A stretch of 64,000 nt of DNA, from IMG/VR virus record IMGVR_UViG_3300045004_000209; one strand, given 5' to 3'. The notes beneath the pieces were generated by a model. It had not been told where the DNA came from. It did not search any database and saw only the letters and a program-made list of their open reading frames with translations. Origin of the DNA: an uncultured virus (IMG/VR IMGVR_UViG_3300045004_000209). Its lineage: Duplodnaviria > Heunggongvirae > Uroviricota > Caudoviricetes. Shown piece by piece: positions 40,499 through 50,384 of this stretch (the stretch's first letter is position 1; every line of letters starts with the position of its first letter). The position numbers and the translations under genes are program-made.

Positions 40499-41073
40499 AT
40501 GTTTTTGTCTCAACTCTCAATAGAAGTTCCTTAAGGTATTGCATCAAGACTCTCAGAAAAGCTGGTTGTCATGATCCAAAGGTCGTTAAGCACATGAGGT
40601 GGGCAGATGCTTGTAATTTTATGGCAGATTCTGCCGACAGAGATTGGTTTTTAAGGGTGGACGACGACATGTTGTTATGTAAATGGGCAGTCAATTTTTT
40701 CAATAAGATCATATCAAAATATCAAGAAGTCGCAGTTGTCAGTTGCAACCTTTTTGATTGGAGGACAAAGACACATTTACGGGGCATCAAAGCGTATCAT
40801 TCTGATACTGCTAGAAGGTTACGTTTTTTTCCTGACAAAAACGGCAGGGTTGATCGTCTTTACGCATCCCGCGTTGCTGATGCAGGCATGCAGATGATGA
40901 TGCTTGATCATGTGGTTGGAGTTCACGCCCAAACAGAGGATGAGGAGCAGTGCAGAAGTTGGCTTGCGCGTGGCGAGAAAGACATATCTAAATTTAAATC
41001 TCTTCTAGGCGAACCATTTAATTATCAAGACCAGATGGAATATCTTGAAAAAATTAAGAAACCCAATGTCTAA
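40495..41073 (+). CDS. Short GT-A fold glycosyltransferase-like protein
   Basis: WFLRVDDDMLL DxD motif, embedded in the GT cluster. Confidence 0.65.
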   Translation: MNVFVSTLNRSSLRYCIKTLRKAGCHDPKVVKHMRWADACNFMADSADRDWFLRVDDDMLLCKWAVNFFNKIISKYQEVAVVSCNLFDWRTKTHLRGIKAYHSDTARRLRFFPDKNGRVDRLYASRVADAGMQMMMLDHVVGVHAQTEDEEQCRSWLARGEKDISKFKSLLGEPFNYQDQMEYLEKIKKPNV

Positions 41074-42133
41074 TATTTTGATTTTTACCAATCATACCAT
41101 GCCCATGAGCATTGGAGGGTGTGAAGTCGTTGTCGACAGGATTGCATCGCACATTTGTAGGCATTCTAATGTCACTGTTTTTGGCTGTGATGTTGCCAAT
41201 TCCTGTCATTACAATGGATATAAATTAGAACCATGGAATGAACATGTACTCGCGACTATCTCCTCTCTTGGAGATTTAGACTGCGTTTTTGTATACAGTG
41301 ATTCATTTTTGCACTGGGAAAGGGTTCTAAAATCTTGTTCATCATCTAAATGCAGGGTGGTCTTGTGCACTGTTGGATTGCTCGTATCTCGCAAAAGCAT
41401 GGATATTATCAACAGAATTAGATCTTTAGGTGATCGAATAAAGATGGTTGTCCACAGCAAATTGCATAACGAATGCACTGTTCTTGATTCTTTTGGCTTA
41501 TCATATTCGGTCATTCCGAATGGGGTTGATTCTAGCGAGTTTCTAGTTCATCAGCGCACAATCCCATCAAAACATAAGTTTATAACCGTGGCCAACTGCT
41601 TTCCAGGGAAGGGGCATGAACATGTACTTTCTGCTCTCAACATGCTTCATGCTGAAGGTTTAAACTTTTCGTGGACTGTTTTTTGCACCACTCCTCGTTG
41701 GCATATTGCCAAGCGCGCTACCATGATGATAATGACGGCATGTTCAAAAGCGCCCTTTGAGACAAGTTTTATGCTTGATCGTGAAAGATCTTTGATGTGT
41801 AAATCGATGAGATCTTCCACATTGATGCTGCATGGATCGGTATCAGAGGTTGCCCCACTTGTCGTGCTTGAAGCCATGGCTGCAGGGGTTCCTTGGGTTG
41901 CTTTTGATGTTGGTAATGTTGCCGAATTGAAGGGAGGTTTGGTCGCAGGCCCACCTCCGATTGCATCTGGTGACGACCATGTTAAAAGATTTGCAGGAGT
42001 GATTAGTGATCTTGTTCGTAAAAATTCTAAAATTTATGAAGAATGCTCAGCAAGCGGCGTAAACTTGGCTAGGTCATCATTTGATTGGAATTCGATATTG
42101 CCCACATACAAAGAAATTTTACTTGGCAAATAA
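41066..42133 (+). CDS. Glycosyltransferase family 4 (GT-B)
   Basis: PMSIGGCE, VIPNGVD, KGHE and EVAPLVVLEAMAAGVPWVAFDVG (E-x7-E). Confidence 0.9.
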   Translation: MSNILIFTNHTMPMSIGGCEVVVDRIASHICRHSNVTVFGCDVANSCHYNGYKLEPWNEHVLATISSLGDLDCVFVYSDSFLHWERVLKSCSSSKCRVVLCTVGLLVSRKSMDIINRIRSLGDRIKMVVHSKLHNECTVLDSFGLSYSVIPNGVDSSEFLVHQRTIPSKHKFITVANCFPGKGHEHVLSALNMLHAEGLNFSWTVFCTTPRWHIAKRATMMIMTACSKAPFETSFMLDRERSLMCKSMRSSTLMLHGSVSEVAPLVVLEAMAAGVPWVAFDVGNVAELKGGLVAGPPPIASGDDHVKRFAGVISDLVRKNSKIYEECSASGVNLARSSFDWNSILPTYKEILLGK

Positions 42134-42866
42134 CCACGACATATCTGTATTGATGTCTGCAAAAGACGCATCAGCAACTGTGGCTGATGCCATTATGTCT
42201 CTGAAGCCATTTGCAAACAATATTGAATTATGTTTTGTTGACGATGGCAGTTCAGACAGCACTCATGAATTGGCTGTCAAGACGGCTCATCATTGCAAAA
42301 TCAAAATCAAAACACAAAGCGTCAAAGAAAACATTGGCGTCCCCAAGGCTAGAAATATCGCAGCAAAAATGGCTTCTGCTCGATGGCTCATGATCCATGA
42401 TGCTGATGATATTTGTTTACCATGCAGGCTTGAAGAAACACTTTCATGTATTGGCGACCATGACATCGTTGGTGGATGGGCTATTAAGAAGAAAAATAAC
42501 TCAATAATAGGCGTGATGGATTATCCACCTGCGGATGATCATGTCATCAAGTCTATGTTGTCAACTAGTTGGCTCAATCCAATGATTGATCCTACAGTCT
42601 GCTTTAACAGGCAAATGTTCGAAGATTTGGGTGGATACTCTGAGGAGGAAATATGGCGGCACGTTCAAGATCTAGAGTTTTGGCAAAGAGCAGCAAGAAG
42701 CGGAGCAAAGTTCTTAAATATTCTAAAACCTATGATAATATACGCGATAAATCCTCAAGGCGTGACACAGACAAAAAAGTCAGAGATGATAAGGCGTCAC
42801 ATGCAACTGATAGCAAGGCATTCCGCGATGAAACTCTCAAGCACTTTCCATCCATCGTGGAGATAG
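42123..42866 (+). CDS. Glycosyltransferase family 2
   Basis: ISVLMS, FVDDGSSD, ARNIA, IHDADD and QDLEFW. The TTG start at 42123 is inferred (ORF track gives 42081). Confidence 0.88.
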   Translation: MANNHDISVLMSAKDASATVADAIMSLKPFANNIELCFVDDGSSDSTHELAVKTAHHCKIKIKTQSVKENIGVPKARNIAAKMASARWLMIHDADDICLPCRLEETLSCIGDHDIVGGWAIKKKNNSIIGVMDYPPADDHVIKSMLSTSWLNPMIDPTVCFNRQMFEDLGGYSEEEIWRHVQDLEFWQRAARSGAKFLNILKPMIIYAINPQGVTQTKKSEMIRRHMQLIARHSAMKLSSTFHPSWR

Positions 42867-44053
42867 GCAAGCCCAAATTTGATAACTCAAATTGGGCTGC
42901 AGATGACTTGGAGTATCTTTATAGGGCACGTTCGAACAAAGTCCCATATGAGATCATAGCTAGTCATCTCAAAAGAACTGCCGAGTCTTGCAAAAGTAAG
43001 TGGCTGAAAACTGCATGGAGCGAAATGCCATGGTTTTATCCAATCGCTGAAGATGTGCGGAAGCAGGCTAAAATTGCTTATGAGTCAAAGATAGAGACTG
43101 GCTTTAGATCTAGGCTTGATATAGCTAGATTACGTGCTGATGCCATTGGCGATGTCTTGAGGGAGTCTATAGCTAAAGCTCCAAAGATAGAAAGAAGGGT
43201 TTGGTCTCCACCAAAAAAGATGAAGAGCAAGGGCTCGGAAGATGTCGGTCTGCTCTTGAGTGATCTGCACATAGGTCACAACCACTCTGCGGACGAGACT
43301 GGCGGGCTTAGCACCTATTCTCTTGATGTTTTTAGGGCAAGAATGCGCAAACTTGAGAAGAAGGTAGCAGACATTTACGAATTGCATTCTACTCTCTACA
43401 AGTTGCCAGTTTTGCATGTGTTCTGCTTGGGCGACATTGTTGATGGCATGAATGAATCTGGCTCTTGGAGTCCTGTCTATATAAACAACAGTATATACGA
43501 TCAATTCACTATAGGTTTTGAAGAAATTAGTGCAAGTTTAGGATACTTTCTATCAGTTTTTGAGAAAATAATTTTTTATGGGGTTCGCGGAAACCATGGA
43601 AGGGTTGCAAAGGCTGGCTCAGAGAAGGACTACGCCAACTGGGACAATTTATGCTACGAAATGCTCAGGCATAAGTTCGAAAGTAATCCACGAATAGATT
43701 TTAAATTGACCAAAAGTTGGTTTTTATCGGAGAATATCAAAGGCCACAATTTTTTACTGACCCATGGTGACGATTTGCGCAAATCCTCTAGTGCGATCAA
43801 AAGTTTAGAGTCTTTTGCGGCAGATATGGCTGGTATGACTCGGGTACATCCTGATTTCACCCTATGTGGTCATTTTCACCAATCTGCAGAGCAATCAACA
43901 AATTTTGGTAGGGTTATTGTAAATGGGTCTTTTGTTGGAGGTGATGTGTATTCTATCAAAAACCTTCAAAAAATGACACTTCCCGAACAGAAGATTTTTG
44001 GGATCAACGACACTCACGGTATCACATGGAGGTACGATTTAGATCTGACCTAA
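42857..44053 (+). CDS. Calcineurin-like metallophosphoesterase with N-terminal Myb/SANT-like HTH
   Basis: LSDLHIG, LGDIVDG, RGNHG, THGD and CGHFH motifs. The N-terminus reads WAADDLEYL..YEIIASHLKRTAESCKSKW. The GTG start at 42857 is inferred. Confidence 0.85.
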   Translation: MEIGKPKFDNSNWAADDLEYLYRARSNKVPYEIIASHLKRTAESCKSKWLKTAWSEMPWFYPIAEDVRKQAKIAYESKIETGFRSRLDIARLRADAIGDVLRESIAKAPKIERRVWSPPKKMKSKGSEDVGLLLSDLHIGHNHSADETGGLSTYSLDVFRARMRKLEKKVADIYELHSTLYKLPVLHVFCLGDIVDGMNESGSWSPVYINNSIYDQFTIGFEEISASLGYFLSVFEKIIFYGVRGNHGRVAKAGSEKDYANWDNLCYEMLRHKFESNPRIDFKLTKSWFLSENIKGHNFLLTHGDDLRKSSSAIKSLESFAADMAGMTRVHPDFTLCGHFHQSAEQSTNFGRVIVNGSFVGGDVYSIKNLQKMTLPEQKIFGINDTHGITWRYDLDLT

Positions 44054-44062
44054 ACATATATT

Positions 44063-44479
44063 GTGATCAAGTTACCACATTGGGCAGAGGTATATTTGCA
44101 TGACAATAATTGCCCAAATTGTGGGGAAAAACTATCTAATTCGGAGTTGGTTTCCGTTGGCATCAAAAAGTCGCAAGACGGTAAGCCTAGATTGTGCTTC
44201 GATTCCGTGTGCCGAAAGTGCAGCGAGCGTTGCAGCACAACGCTAGTCACAAGTTTTGATCTTGAGGCTCATCAACTTGCATCAGAAATACTTTCTGCGT
44301 ATGGCGGAGAGTCTATTTTCGAGGTCGTTCATGAAAGAAAATTATTGCCACCTGGTCGTGGTAAGGAGGAGTTTGACAAAGACTTTGAGCATCTTAAAGA
44401 ATTCATGAAAAGTAACGACTGTTTCTACAGTTTTCTTAAGTTTTGTGGTTTGAGTGATCGGGAGATAAAGAATCCATGA
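44063..44479 (+). CDS. Zinc-ribbon protein
   Basis: CPNC ... CRKC pairs. Confidence 0.7.
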   Translation: MIKLPHWAEVYLHDNNCPNCGEKLSNSELVSVGIKKSQDGKPRLCFDSVCRKCSERCSTTLVTSFDLEAHQLASEILSAYGGESIFEVVHERKLLPPGRGKEEFDKDFEHLKEFMKSNDCFYSFLKFCGLSDREIKNP

Positions 44480-45456
44480 ATAAAAAATCTGAATTGGCCT
44501 TAGCTTCTGCTGTGATGAGGGTGTTTGCACGCTACTTTGGTTCCGACCTGCCTAACCTTCATGTTTCTTACCATGACAACTCTTTGCCCTCTGTTGAGGG
44601 TAAAAATGTATATGTGCCTGTATCTTTCGGTTCTCGCCAGTCATTTTTAGCTGCGTGCACAGAAGTGCTTCATAACTCTTTGAACAAGTTTGGTTTCACT
44701 GCCGACCCTCAAGAGGTTCAAGCTTATCAGGCTTTTTGTATAGGAATTTCTTCTATTATTTATGGAGAGCCAAAACCTCCTATGGAGTCTCCAGCATCCT
44801 TTGGTTTTATGCCAACATCATTTGTCTTAATTCGTGATGGAGTTTGTCCTGTTCTTGGTATTCCATTTGATGATTTAGCTGTTAAGTCATGCGTTATGCC
44901 AGGTGATTTATATTGCGATAAAGATTGCTTATGTATATCTTGTGAGATACATGACCCAGTCGTAGAGGCAGCAATTATGGTCAAGTATTTTGTTGAGCGT
45001 CACGATCCAAGGCTTGTTGCTGTTCTGGTAAAAGATGATGCTTTCAGAAGATATTTAAATAACTTTTTGAATGAGTCTTACGGAATTGCGTCTTCATCTC
45101 TGCTGCTGTTTTTATTGTGTTCTATGAATGGTTTGAATATTGAATCTTATGGAGCTGATGTTTTTGAGTCAAGCAGGTCTCCCGTAGTTAAGACAGCACA
45201 AACATCTCCGTCTTTTTGGCTATTTGGCCTGATAGAAAAGATGCTTGCCCCATCAAGGAGCGCAAATCCCCATATAAAAGAAAAATGGGCGCCAGTTGTC
45301 GATGCTTTATATTCTGCGGTTGATAAGGAACGCAGGCGCAAGGGTCTCACAGGCGCCCCACTTGAGTTTATGCTTCGCGTGCAAGCTGGCCAAAATTCTC
45401 AAGGAGTTTCTTCGACATTAATACAATCAATGTTGGAGGACAGCAGATCATGGTAG
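44476..45456 (+). CDS. Hypothetical protein
   Basis: 326-aa ORF overlapping the upstream stop. Confidence 0.75.
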   Translation: MNKKSELALASAVMRVFARYFGSDLPNLHVSYHDNSLPSVEGKNVYVPVSFGSRQSFLAACTEVLHNSLNKFGFTADPQEVQAYQAFCIGISSIIYGEPKPPMESPASFGFMPTSFVLIRDGVCPVLGIPFDDLAVKSCVMPGDLYCDKDCLCISCEIHDPVVEAAIMVKYFVERHDPRLVAVLVKDDAFRRYLNNFLNESYGIASSSLLLFLLCSMNGLNIESYGADVFESSRSPVVKTAQTSPSFWLFGLIEKMLAPSRSANPHIKEKWAPVVDALYSAVDKERRRKGLTGAPLEFMLRVQAGQNSQGVSSTLIQSMLEDSRSW

Positions 45457-45653
45457 GAAAAGATAATAAATATTTTATATCTGAAGCATTAGGAAGAATT
45501 ATTTTCAAATTAGATGCAGCCTCTCAATTGCTCTTCGACGGTAAAATGATACCTGCTCATGAAAAGATGATTGGGATACGCCACATATTGATGAATCTCA
45601 GATTAGAAATCATAAAAAGGGAACAAGATGGGAAGACCAAATCAGAGGGGTAA
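45450..45653 (+). CDS. Small hypothetical protein
   Basis: 67 aa with GGAGG upstream of the ATG; fills the gap between neighbours. Confidence 0.6.
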   Translation: MVGKDNKYFISEALGRIIFKLDAASQLLFDGKMIPAHEKMIGIRHILMNLRLEIIKREQDGKTKSEG

Positions 45654-45843
45654 TTCTGGTGCTCTAGATCAGGCAAATTCGGCCTATTTGAGCACAATAC
45701 AGAGTAGAGCTGTGGGATCATACTGCCCTTCATGTCCGAAGAAGAGCATCAAATCCTTCGGCAGGCGTAGAATTTACCAACTAGGTGCAGATGTCCCAGA
45801 TGCCGATACGACAGCGAAAACGACAGGCACACGAGAGAAGTGA
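45628..45843 (+). CDS. Small hypothetical protein (CxxC)
   Basis: 71 aa with AAGG upstream and YCPSC; overlaps both neighbours. Confidence 0.4.
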   Translation: MGRPNQRGNSGALDQANSAYLSTIQSRAVGSYCPSCPKKSIKSFGRRRIYQLGADVPDADTTAKTTGTREK

Positions 45844-47377
45844 TTCTCTCACTGTTAATTCAAACCAAATATTACCGTCGGTAGAATTGGTTGTTGGCAA
45901 TTCATTTACCGATGTAATAGGTCTAGATGGCGGTTCTTTATATCAATACTTTAAATCGGTTTTGAGTTATCAAACAGATGCACACCTTTGGTCTTCAAGG
46001 GGTCAAAATTGGGACGGTCGTGTATCTGTTGTGTGCCGAGGCGGACAGTACTGCAGATGCAGGTACAAATCTCCTCATGTGCATTTCCCAACTGGTTTGT
46101 TGTACATGGCTAAAGAATTTTTCGCCGTTGCATCTAAACAGTGCATTATCACTGATGCAAGAGAGATGCCTGTAAAAAACAAAAACATAGAGTTTTCTGA
46201 GGGCTTGGTACTTAGAGATTATCAGCAAGAAACCATAAATGCTGCTGTCGAAAAAGGTCGTGGGATAATAAAGGCTGCAACTGGCGCTGGTAAGACAGTT
46301 ATATGCGCAGGAGTCATAAAGCAACTTCAGCGTGCTCCTGCTTTGTTCTTGGTGACATCTAAAGACTTGATGGAACAGGCTGCTACCGAGTTTGAAAGGT
46401 TTTTAAGAGAAGATGGTAAGCCAATAGCAGTGGGCAGGGTGTGTGGTGGTATGTGTAAACTTGCCGACATAACAGTCATGACTGTGCAGACAGCGGTAAG
46501 ATGCTTGGGTGACAAATACGAGAAGTTTGACGAAGAGGATGGCGATGAATCAGTTGAAAAAATCGATGAAGATGACAAATATAAGATTCTCAACTTCATA
46601 AAGAATTCTACAGTGATGTTTTGTGACGAGGTTCAACACTGGGCAGCAAAAACTTGTCAGTCCGTGAGTTCTGCATGTGTAAATGCTCGTTTTAGATTTG
46701 GTGTAAGCGCTACGCCATGGAGAGATTTAAATGATGACATGTTGATTGATTCTTGCTTCGGTCGAGCATTTGCTGATATAAAAGCTAGTGATCTCATACA
46801 ACGCGGTGTACTTGTTAAGCCTAAAATATATTTCATAAAAACATCTTCTCGTCAAGGCGGCACATACCCGCAGGTGTATAAGGAGTGCGTGGTTAACAAC
46901 GAACTTCGCAATAAAGCCATCGCTGACTACGCCATCAGGTTGCGCGAGGAGGGTAGGAAGGTTTTGGTTTTGATCAGACAAATTGAGCACGGACGCATTC
47001 TTAATGACATGATACCCGACAGTGTTTTCATAAATGGTTCAGATTCTACGAATGTGAGAAACAAATGTTTTAATGATATGCGTAGCGGTGTCAGCAGCAT
47101 AGTATGTATTGCCACAAGTATTTTTGATGAAGGCATAGATGTGAGACCCCTAGATGCGCTCATTTTGGGTGGCAGCGGAAAAAGCTCAACTCGCGCCCTG
47201 CAGAGGATTGGTAGGGTAATCCGCTGTTTTGACGGTAAGAAGGACGCAATTGTCGTAGACTTTGACGATGATGTAAAGTATCTCAGGAAACACTCTAAGG
47301 CACGAAAGAAGATATATGAAACGGAGCCACTCTATCAAATCAAAAGAATTGTCCCGTCTATCCCCATCATCAAATGA
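45785..47377 (+). CDS. Superfamily 2 DExH helicase (UvsW/XPB/ResIII-like)
   Basis: LRDYQ (Q motif), AATGAGKT, DEVQH, SAT, IFDEGIDV and QRIGRVIR. The start is uncertain (TTG at 45887 is possible). Confidence 0.92.
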   Translation: MQMSQMPIRQRKRQAHERSDSLTVNSNQILPSVELVVGNSFTDVIGLDGGSLYQYFKSVLSYQTDAHLWSSRGQNWDGRVSVVCRGGQYCRCRYKSPHVHFPTGLLYMAKEFFAVASKQCIITDAREMPVKNKNIEFSEGLVLRDYQQETINAAVEKGRGIIKAATGAGKTVICAGVIKQLQRAPALFLVTSKDLMEQAATEFERFLREDGKPIAVGRVCGGMCKLADITVMTVQTAVRCLGDKYEKFDEEDGDESVEKIDEDDKYKILNFIKNSTVMFCDEVQHWAAKTCQSVSSACVNARFRFGVSATPWRDLNDDMLIDSCFGRAFADIKASDLIQRGVLVKPKIYFIKTSSRQGGTYPQVYKECVVNNELRNKAIADYAIRLREEGRKVLVLIRQIEHGRILNDMIPDSVFINGSDSTNVRNKCFNDMRSGVSSIVCIATSIFDEGIDVRPLDALILGGSGKSSTRALQRIGRVIRCFDGKKDAIVVDFDDDVKYLRKHSKARKKIYETEPLYQIKRIVPSIPIIK

Positions 47378-48182
47378 TGACATAGCAAGCATTTTTGGCG
47401 GCGAGGTTCAAGATGCTTCAGAAGTAGGCAAGAAGTCTCGAGACAAGAAATTTGCACATAACACATGCGAGTGGTCTGATGGTTTGGAGCAGTACGACAG
47501 AGTTGATTCTTTTGATGACTTCACGCCACGTGTTTTTCTTTCTTATGTTCGTGGCAAAATCAGCAAGCGTTACAAATTATCTATCGGAGGCGGGATGCAC
47601 TACATCTATACTGTTCTCAGCCACTTGAGAGAAAGCCTTGCAGACAAGTTTCCAAAGGAAAATCAAAATTCATTGTCTGTAGAATACTTTCATTGGTATA
47701 TTGAGACAGTGGCGGATAAGGATATCCTTTCTTTGAAGTCGAGAGAGTATTGGCCAATAAAGTTTCTTTTAAAGCCAAGTCATTTGGCCGCATTCTTCCT
47801 GTCAAGATCTTCCAAGAAGCCTCTCGTGCGTAAGGTTGTTGTGCTCTCAACCGATGAGTCCACATTGACGGATATGATCAATGGTGATTTGGACAATTTT
47901 GTTGATTCCTACGGGCCGATATGGCCGTTTGCTCTCCTCCGAAAGAAGTCCAAGTTGCTAGAAGTTCAGGCGTCAAAGGCAGTTATAGGATCAGTCAAAA
48001 GGATTGTTCTCAATGGGCGGGCGTCGTATACTTATCTTGAGTGTCTATTAGAAGCATACGGACCATATCCTCACGCAGTTGAAGCTATGGGAGCGAGAGT
48101 GTTTGTCGACTCCATGTCGGAAGAGACAAGATACGATTTCTCTAAGGCTCTGAAGTTCCGACCCGGCGATGACAAGAATTGA
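47316..48182 (+). CDS. Hypothetical protein (position upstream of loader and helicase suggests a replication role)
   Basis: 288-aa ORF; the functional hint comes from context only. Confidence 0.65.
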   Translation: MKRSHSIKSKELSRLSPSSNDDIASIFGGEVQDASEVGKKSRDKKFAHNTCEWSDGLEQYDRVDSFDDFTPRVFLSYVRGKISKRYKLSIGGGMHYIYTVLSHLRESLADKFPKENQNSLSVEYFHWYIETVADKDILSLKSREYWPIKFLLKPSHLAAFFLSRSSKKPLVRKVVVLSTDESTLTDMINGDLDNFVDSYGPIWPFALLRKKSKLLEVQASKAVIGSVKRIVLNGRASYTYLECLLEAYGPYPHAVEAMGARVFVDSMSEETRYDFSKALKFRPGDDKN

Positions 48183-48930
48183 ACAAAACATCAAACTTGC
48201 TCTAGAAGTTCTCCAAAAAGAGTGTCCCCAGATTCATTTATGTGGAGACTTTTGCTACTGTCGTGCTCTTTCAGAGGTTATTGGTTACCAAAGATCCATC
48301 ATTCCGCGCAAATACGCAAAATTAGAACTCCCTGATTTTACAGGGGTGGTTGACGGCAAAACGGTTGTTTCTGAATTTGTAATGCGCATGGCTACATCAA
48401 GCCTTTTGAGGTATTGCTTTGGCGACGATTCCATTTTGCTTACCACTCCTCGTTCTAAGTTGAACGAATTGTCCGTTATGGACAGAAGGTTTGAAGACGG
48501 ATGCAATGTATTTGTTCACGGCCAAATCAGCGACCATAGAATTAAAAATGCAGGAGGTTTAGGCAGAAGTTTTCTTGCAACTTTGATTCTCAAGGAAGCC
48601 ATATGGAGAAGAATATTTAAGGGCAATAAAGCTTTGACATATCGTTTTGCTTCTGTTCACGATTTGATTACCGAGGTTCTCGACAAAGACAATCGCGACA
48701 ATGATTGGTTGACCGACTGGCTTGTGATTGATGACATCAACTCATATCAAAACAAAGCTTTGTCAATCACCTTGGACAGGATCGTCAGTAGGCGGAGGAT
48801 GATGAGTTTGCCGACTGTTTTTGTGTTGCAGTTTGACGCCGAAACATGCGATTTGGAGCATTCTCTAGGCAACATGGCGGCAAAAACTTATTTTGACAAG
48901 GACCTTTGCTTTCATATGAGGCTTGGTTAA
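48169..48930 (+). CDS. DnaC/IstB-like AAA+ helicase loader with degenerate Walker A
   Basis: Cys cluster (C..C...CYC), IPRKY, VFVHG...GLGRSFLA and WLVIDDI; directly upstream of DnaB. Confidence 0.7.
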   Translation: MTRIEQNIKLALEVLQKECPQIHLCGDFCYCRALSEVIGYQRSIIPRKYAKLELPDFTGVVDGKTVVSEFVMRMATSSLLRYCFGDDSILLTTPRSKLNELSVMDRRFEDGCNVFVHGQISDHRIKNAGGLGRSFLATLILKEAIWRRIFKGNKALTYRFASVHDLITEVLDKDNRDNDWLTDWLVIDDINSYQNKALSITLDRIVSRRRMMSLPTVFVLQFDAETCDLEHSLGNMAAKTYFDKDLCFHMRLG

Positions 48931-48932
48931 TC

Positions 48933-50384
48933 ATGGTCAGTGTATCAGAAAAAGCATTCAAGCTTTTATCCTTGATGATAAAGGACAAGACTTGTGCTGA
49001 CAACTTTTTTTCATCAGGTAATGATGGGAAAATATTCTCCGATCCATCTCTTTCAAGAATCTGCAGTGGTCTTTCTTGGTCTGCAGATGAATCAAAGCCT
49101 CTAACTAGAGACAGATTTGAGCACTATCTTCGAATTATCGCAGGAGAGGCCCCTGCATCCATTTCCGGCGTGTTGGGCACCTTTGACGCGCTGATTGAGT
49201 TTGAAGTTGACAGTGCAGATTTCGACCACATCCTCGCAGAATTACGAGATCAGTTCCTACAGAGAGAGTTTAGAGATCTCATTAAGAAACTTAAGAATGA
49301 CGACAGGCCGAGCTTCAAGACAAAATTAAGCGACTTCTCCGATGGGTTGTCTAAGCTTGTCAGTTACGAAGCAGACGGTATATTCGACTTTTTTGATACT
49401 AAGGATGTTTATGAGGGATATGTAGATCGCCTAGAGCATAAGGCTAAAAATCCTGAAAATCGCATTACATGCGGCATAAGGGAGATAGATGATTGTATGA
49501 CGATTGGGTTCAAGCCTGGAACCCTAACTTTGACTGTCGCTGATGTTGGTGGTGGCAAGAGTACCATGATGCTTAACATCGCTTTCAACCTCTTCAAGAG
49601 AGGGCACAACGTTCTTTTTTTGCCTCTCGAGATGCCTTTTGACGATATATATGCCAAGTTTTTGTCTAGAGAGTGCATGATTGAATTTGAAAAGATAGCC
49701 AAGCCCGAAATGCTAAATGCAGATGAATGGAAGATAATTAGGTCGCATAAGGAAAAAGTTCACGAATCTCGCGGCGGATTGATGTGGGCTGATGTTAAGA
49801 GCAGACCAACTGTTCAGGAGATAAGGCATGCGATTGACAGGAAGATGCCTTTTTTCAAGCCCGCAATTGTTGTGATTGACTACGCAGCCAACATAAAGTT
49901 GCCTCAGAATGACAGGCATGACCTTGAGATTGGATATGCCCTGAAAGACCTGCGCAATATGGGGAAGAGCAGAGGATTTGCTGTTTTGAGTGCTGCCCAA
50001 TTGAGCCGCGATGGCATCAAGAAGTTAAAAAACGAGAAGGAAGGCGGTCGTGGGCCGGGGAGTGAGGATCTTCGAGGTTCTCATGAGTACAGCGCAGATG
50101 CTGATAACATTTTTGTTCAAACTCCAAGCCCCGATGAGCCAAATAGAAAGATGCTTTTGTATTGCATCAAAGCTAGGTGGGGTAAGAAAGTTTTTGGTGG
50201 CGGTAAGAATTGCGCGTGTCTTGACTGGTTCCCTGAATATTGCAAGGTGGAAAGCGGAACATCTGGGAGTCTTGATGTCAACGATCCTACGATTGCTTCT
50301 ATGGTTGACTCAATTTCATCACTTCGCAACAAGCCGAAGAATTTTGGCAAGTCGTCTGGCGACTGGGAATGGCTAGACATGTGA
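48933..50384 (+). CDS. dnaB: DnaB-like replicative helicase
   Basis: ITCGIREID, ADVGGGKST, FLPLEM, VVIDY, AAQLSR, LRGS..ADAD and KARWG. Confidence 0.92.
   Translation: MVSVSEKAFKLLSLMIKDKTCADNFFSSGNDGKIFSDPSLSRICSGLSWSADESKPLTRDRFEHYLRIIAGEAPASISGVLGTFDALIEFEVDSADFDHILAELRDQFLQREFRDLIKKLKNDDRPSFKTKLSDFSDGLSKLVSYEADGIFDFFDTKDVYEGYVDRLEHKAKNPENRITCGIREIDDCMTIGFKPGTLTLTVADVGGGKSTMMLNIAFNLFKRGHNVLFLPLEMPFDDIYAKFLSRECMIEFEKIAKPEMLNADEWKIIRSHKEKVHESRGGLMWADVKSRPTVQEIRHAIDRKMPFFKPAIVVIDYAANIKLPQNDRHDLEIGYALKDLRNMGKSRGFAVLSAAQLSRDGIKKLKNEKEGGRGPGSEDLRGSHEYSADADNIFVQTPSPDEPNRKMLLYCIKARWGKKVFGGGKNCACLDWFPEYCKVESGTSGSLDVNDPTIASMVDSISSLRNKPKNFGKSSGDWEWLDM

Noticed and set aside
42653..42866. Apparent 214-nt overlap between the last GT2 and the phosphoesterase
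   Set aside because: An in-frame GTG at 42857, just before the Myb-like motif, gives an ordinary 10-nt overlap.
45756..45775. TTCGGCAGGCGTAGAATTT, similar to TTTGGCAAGCGTAGAATTT at 51279-51297
   Set aside because: It lacks the upstream AGG at the 18-nt offset and there are only two copies, both coding (FGRRRI/FGKRRI). Not called as a site, though worth including in a motif search.
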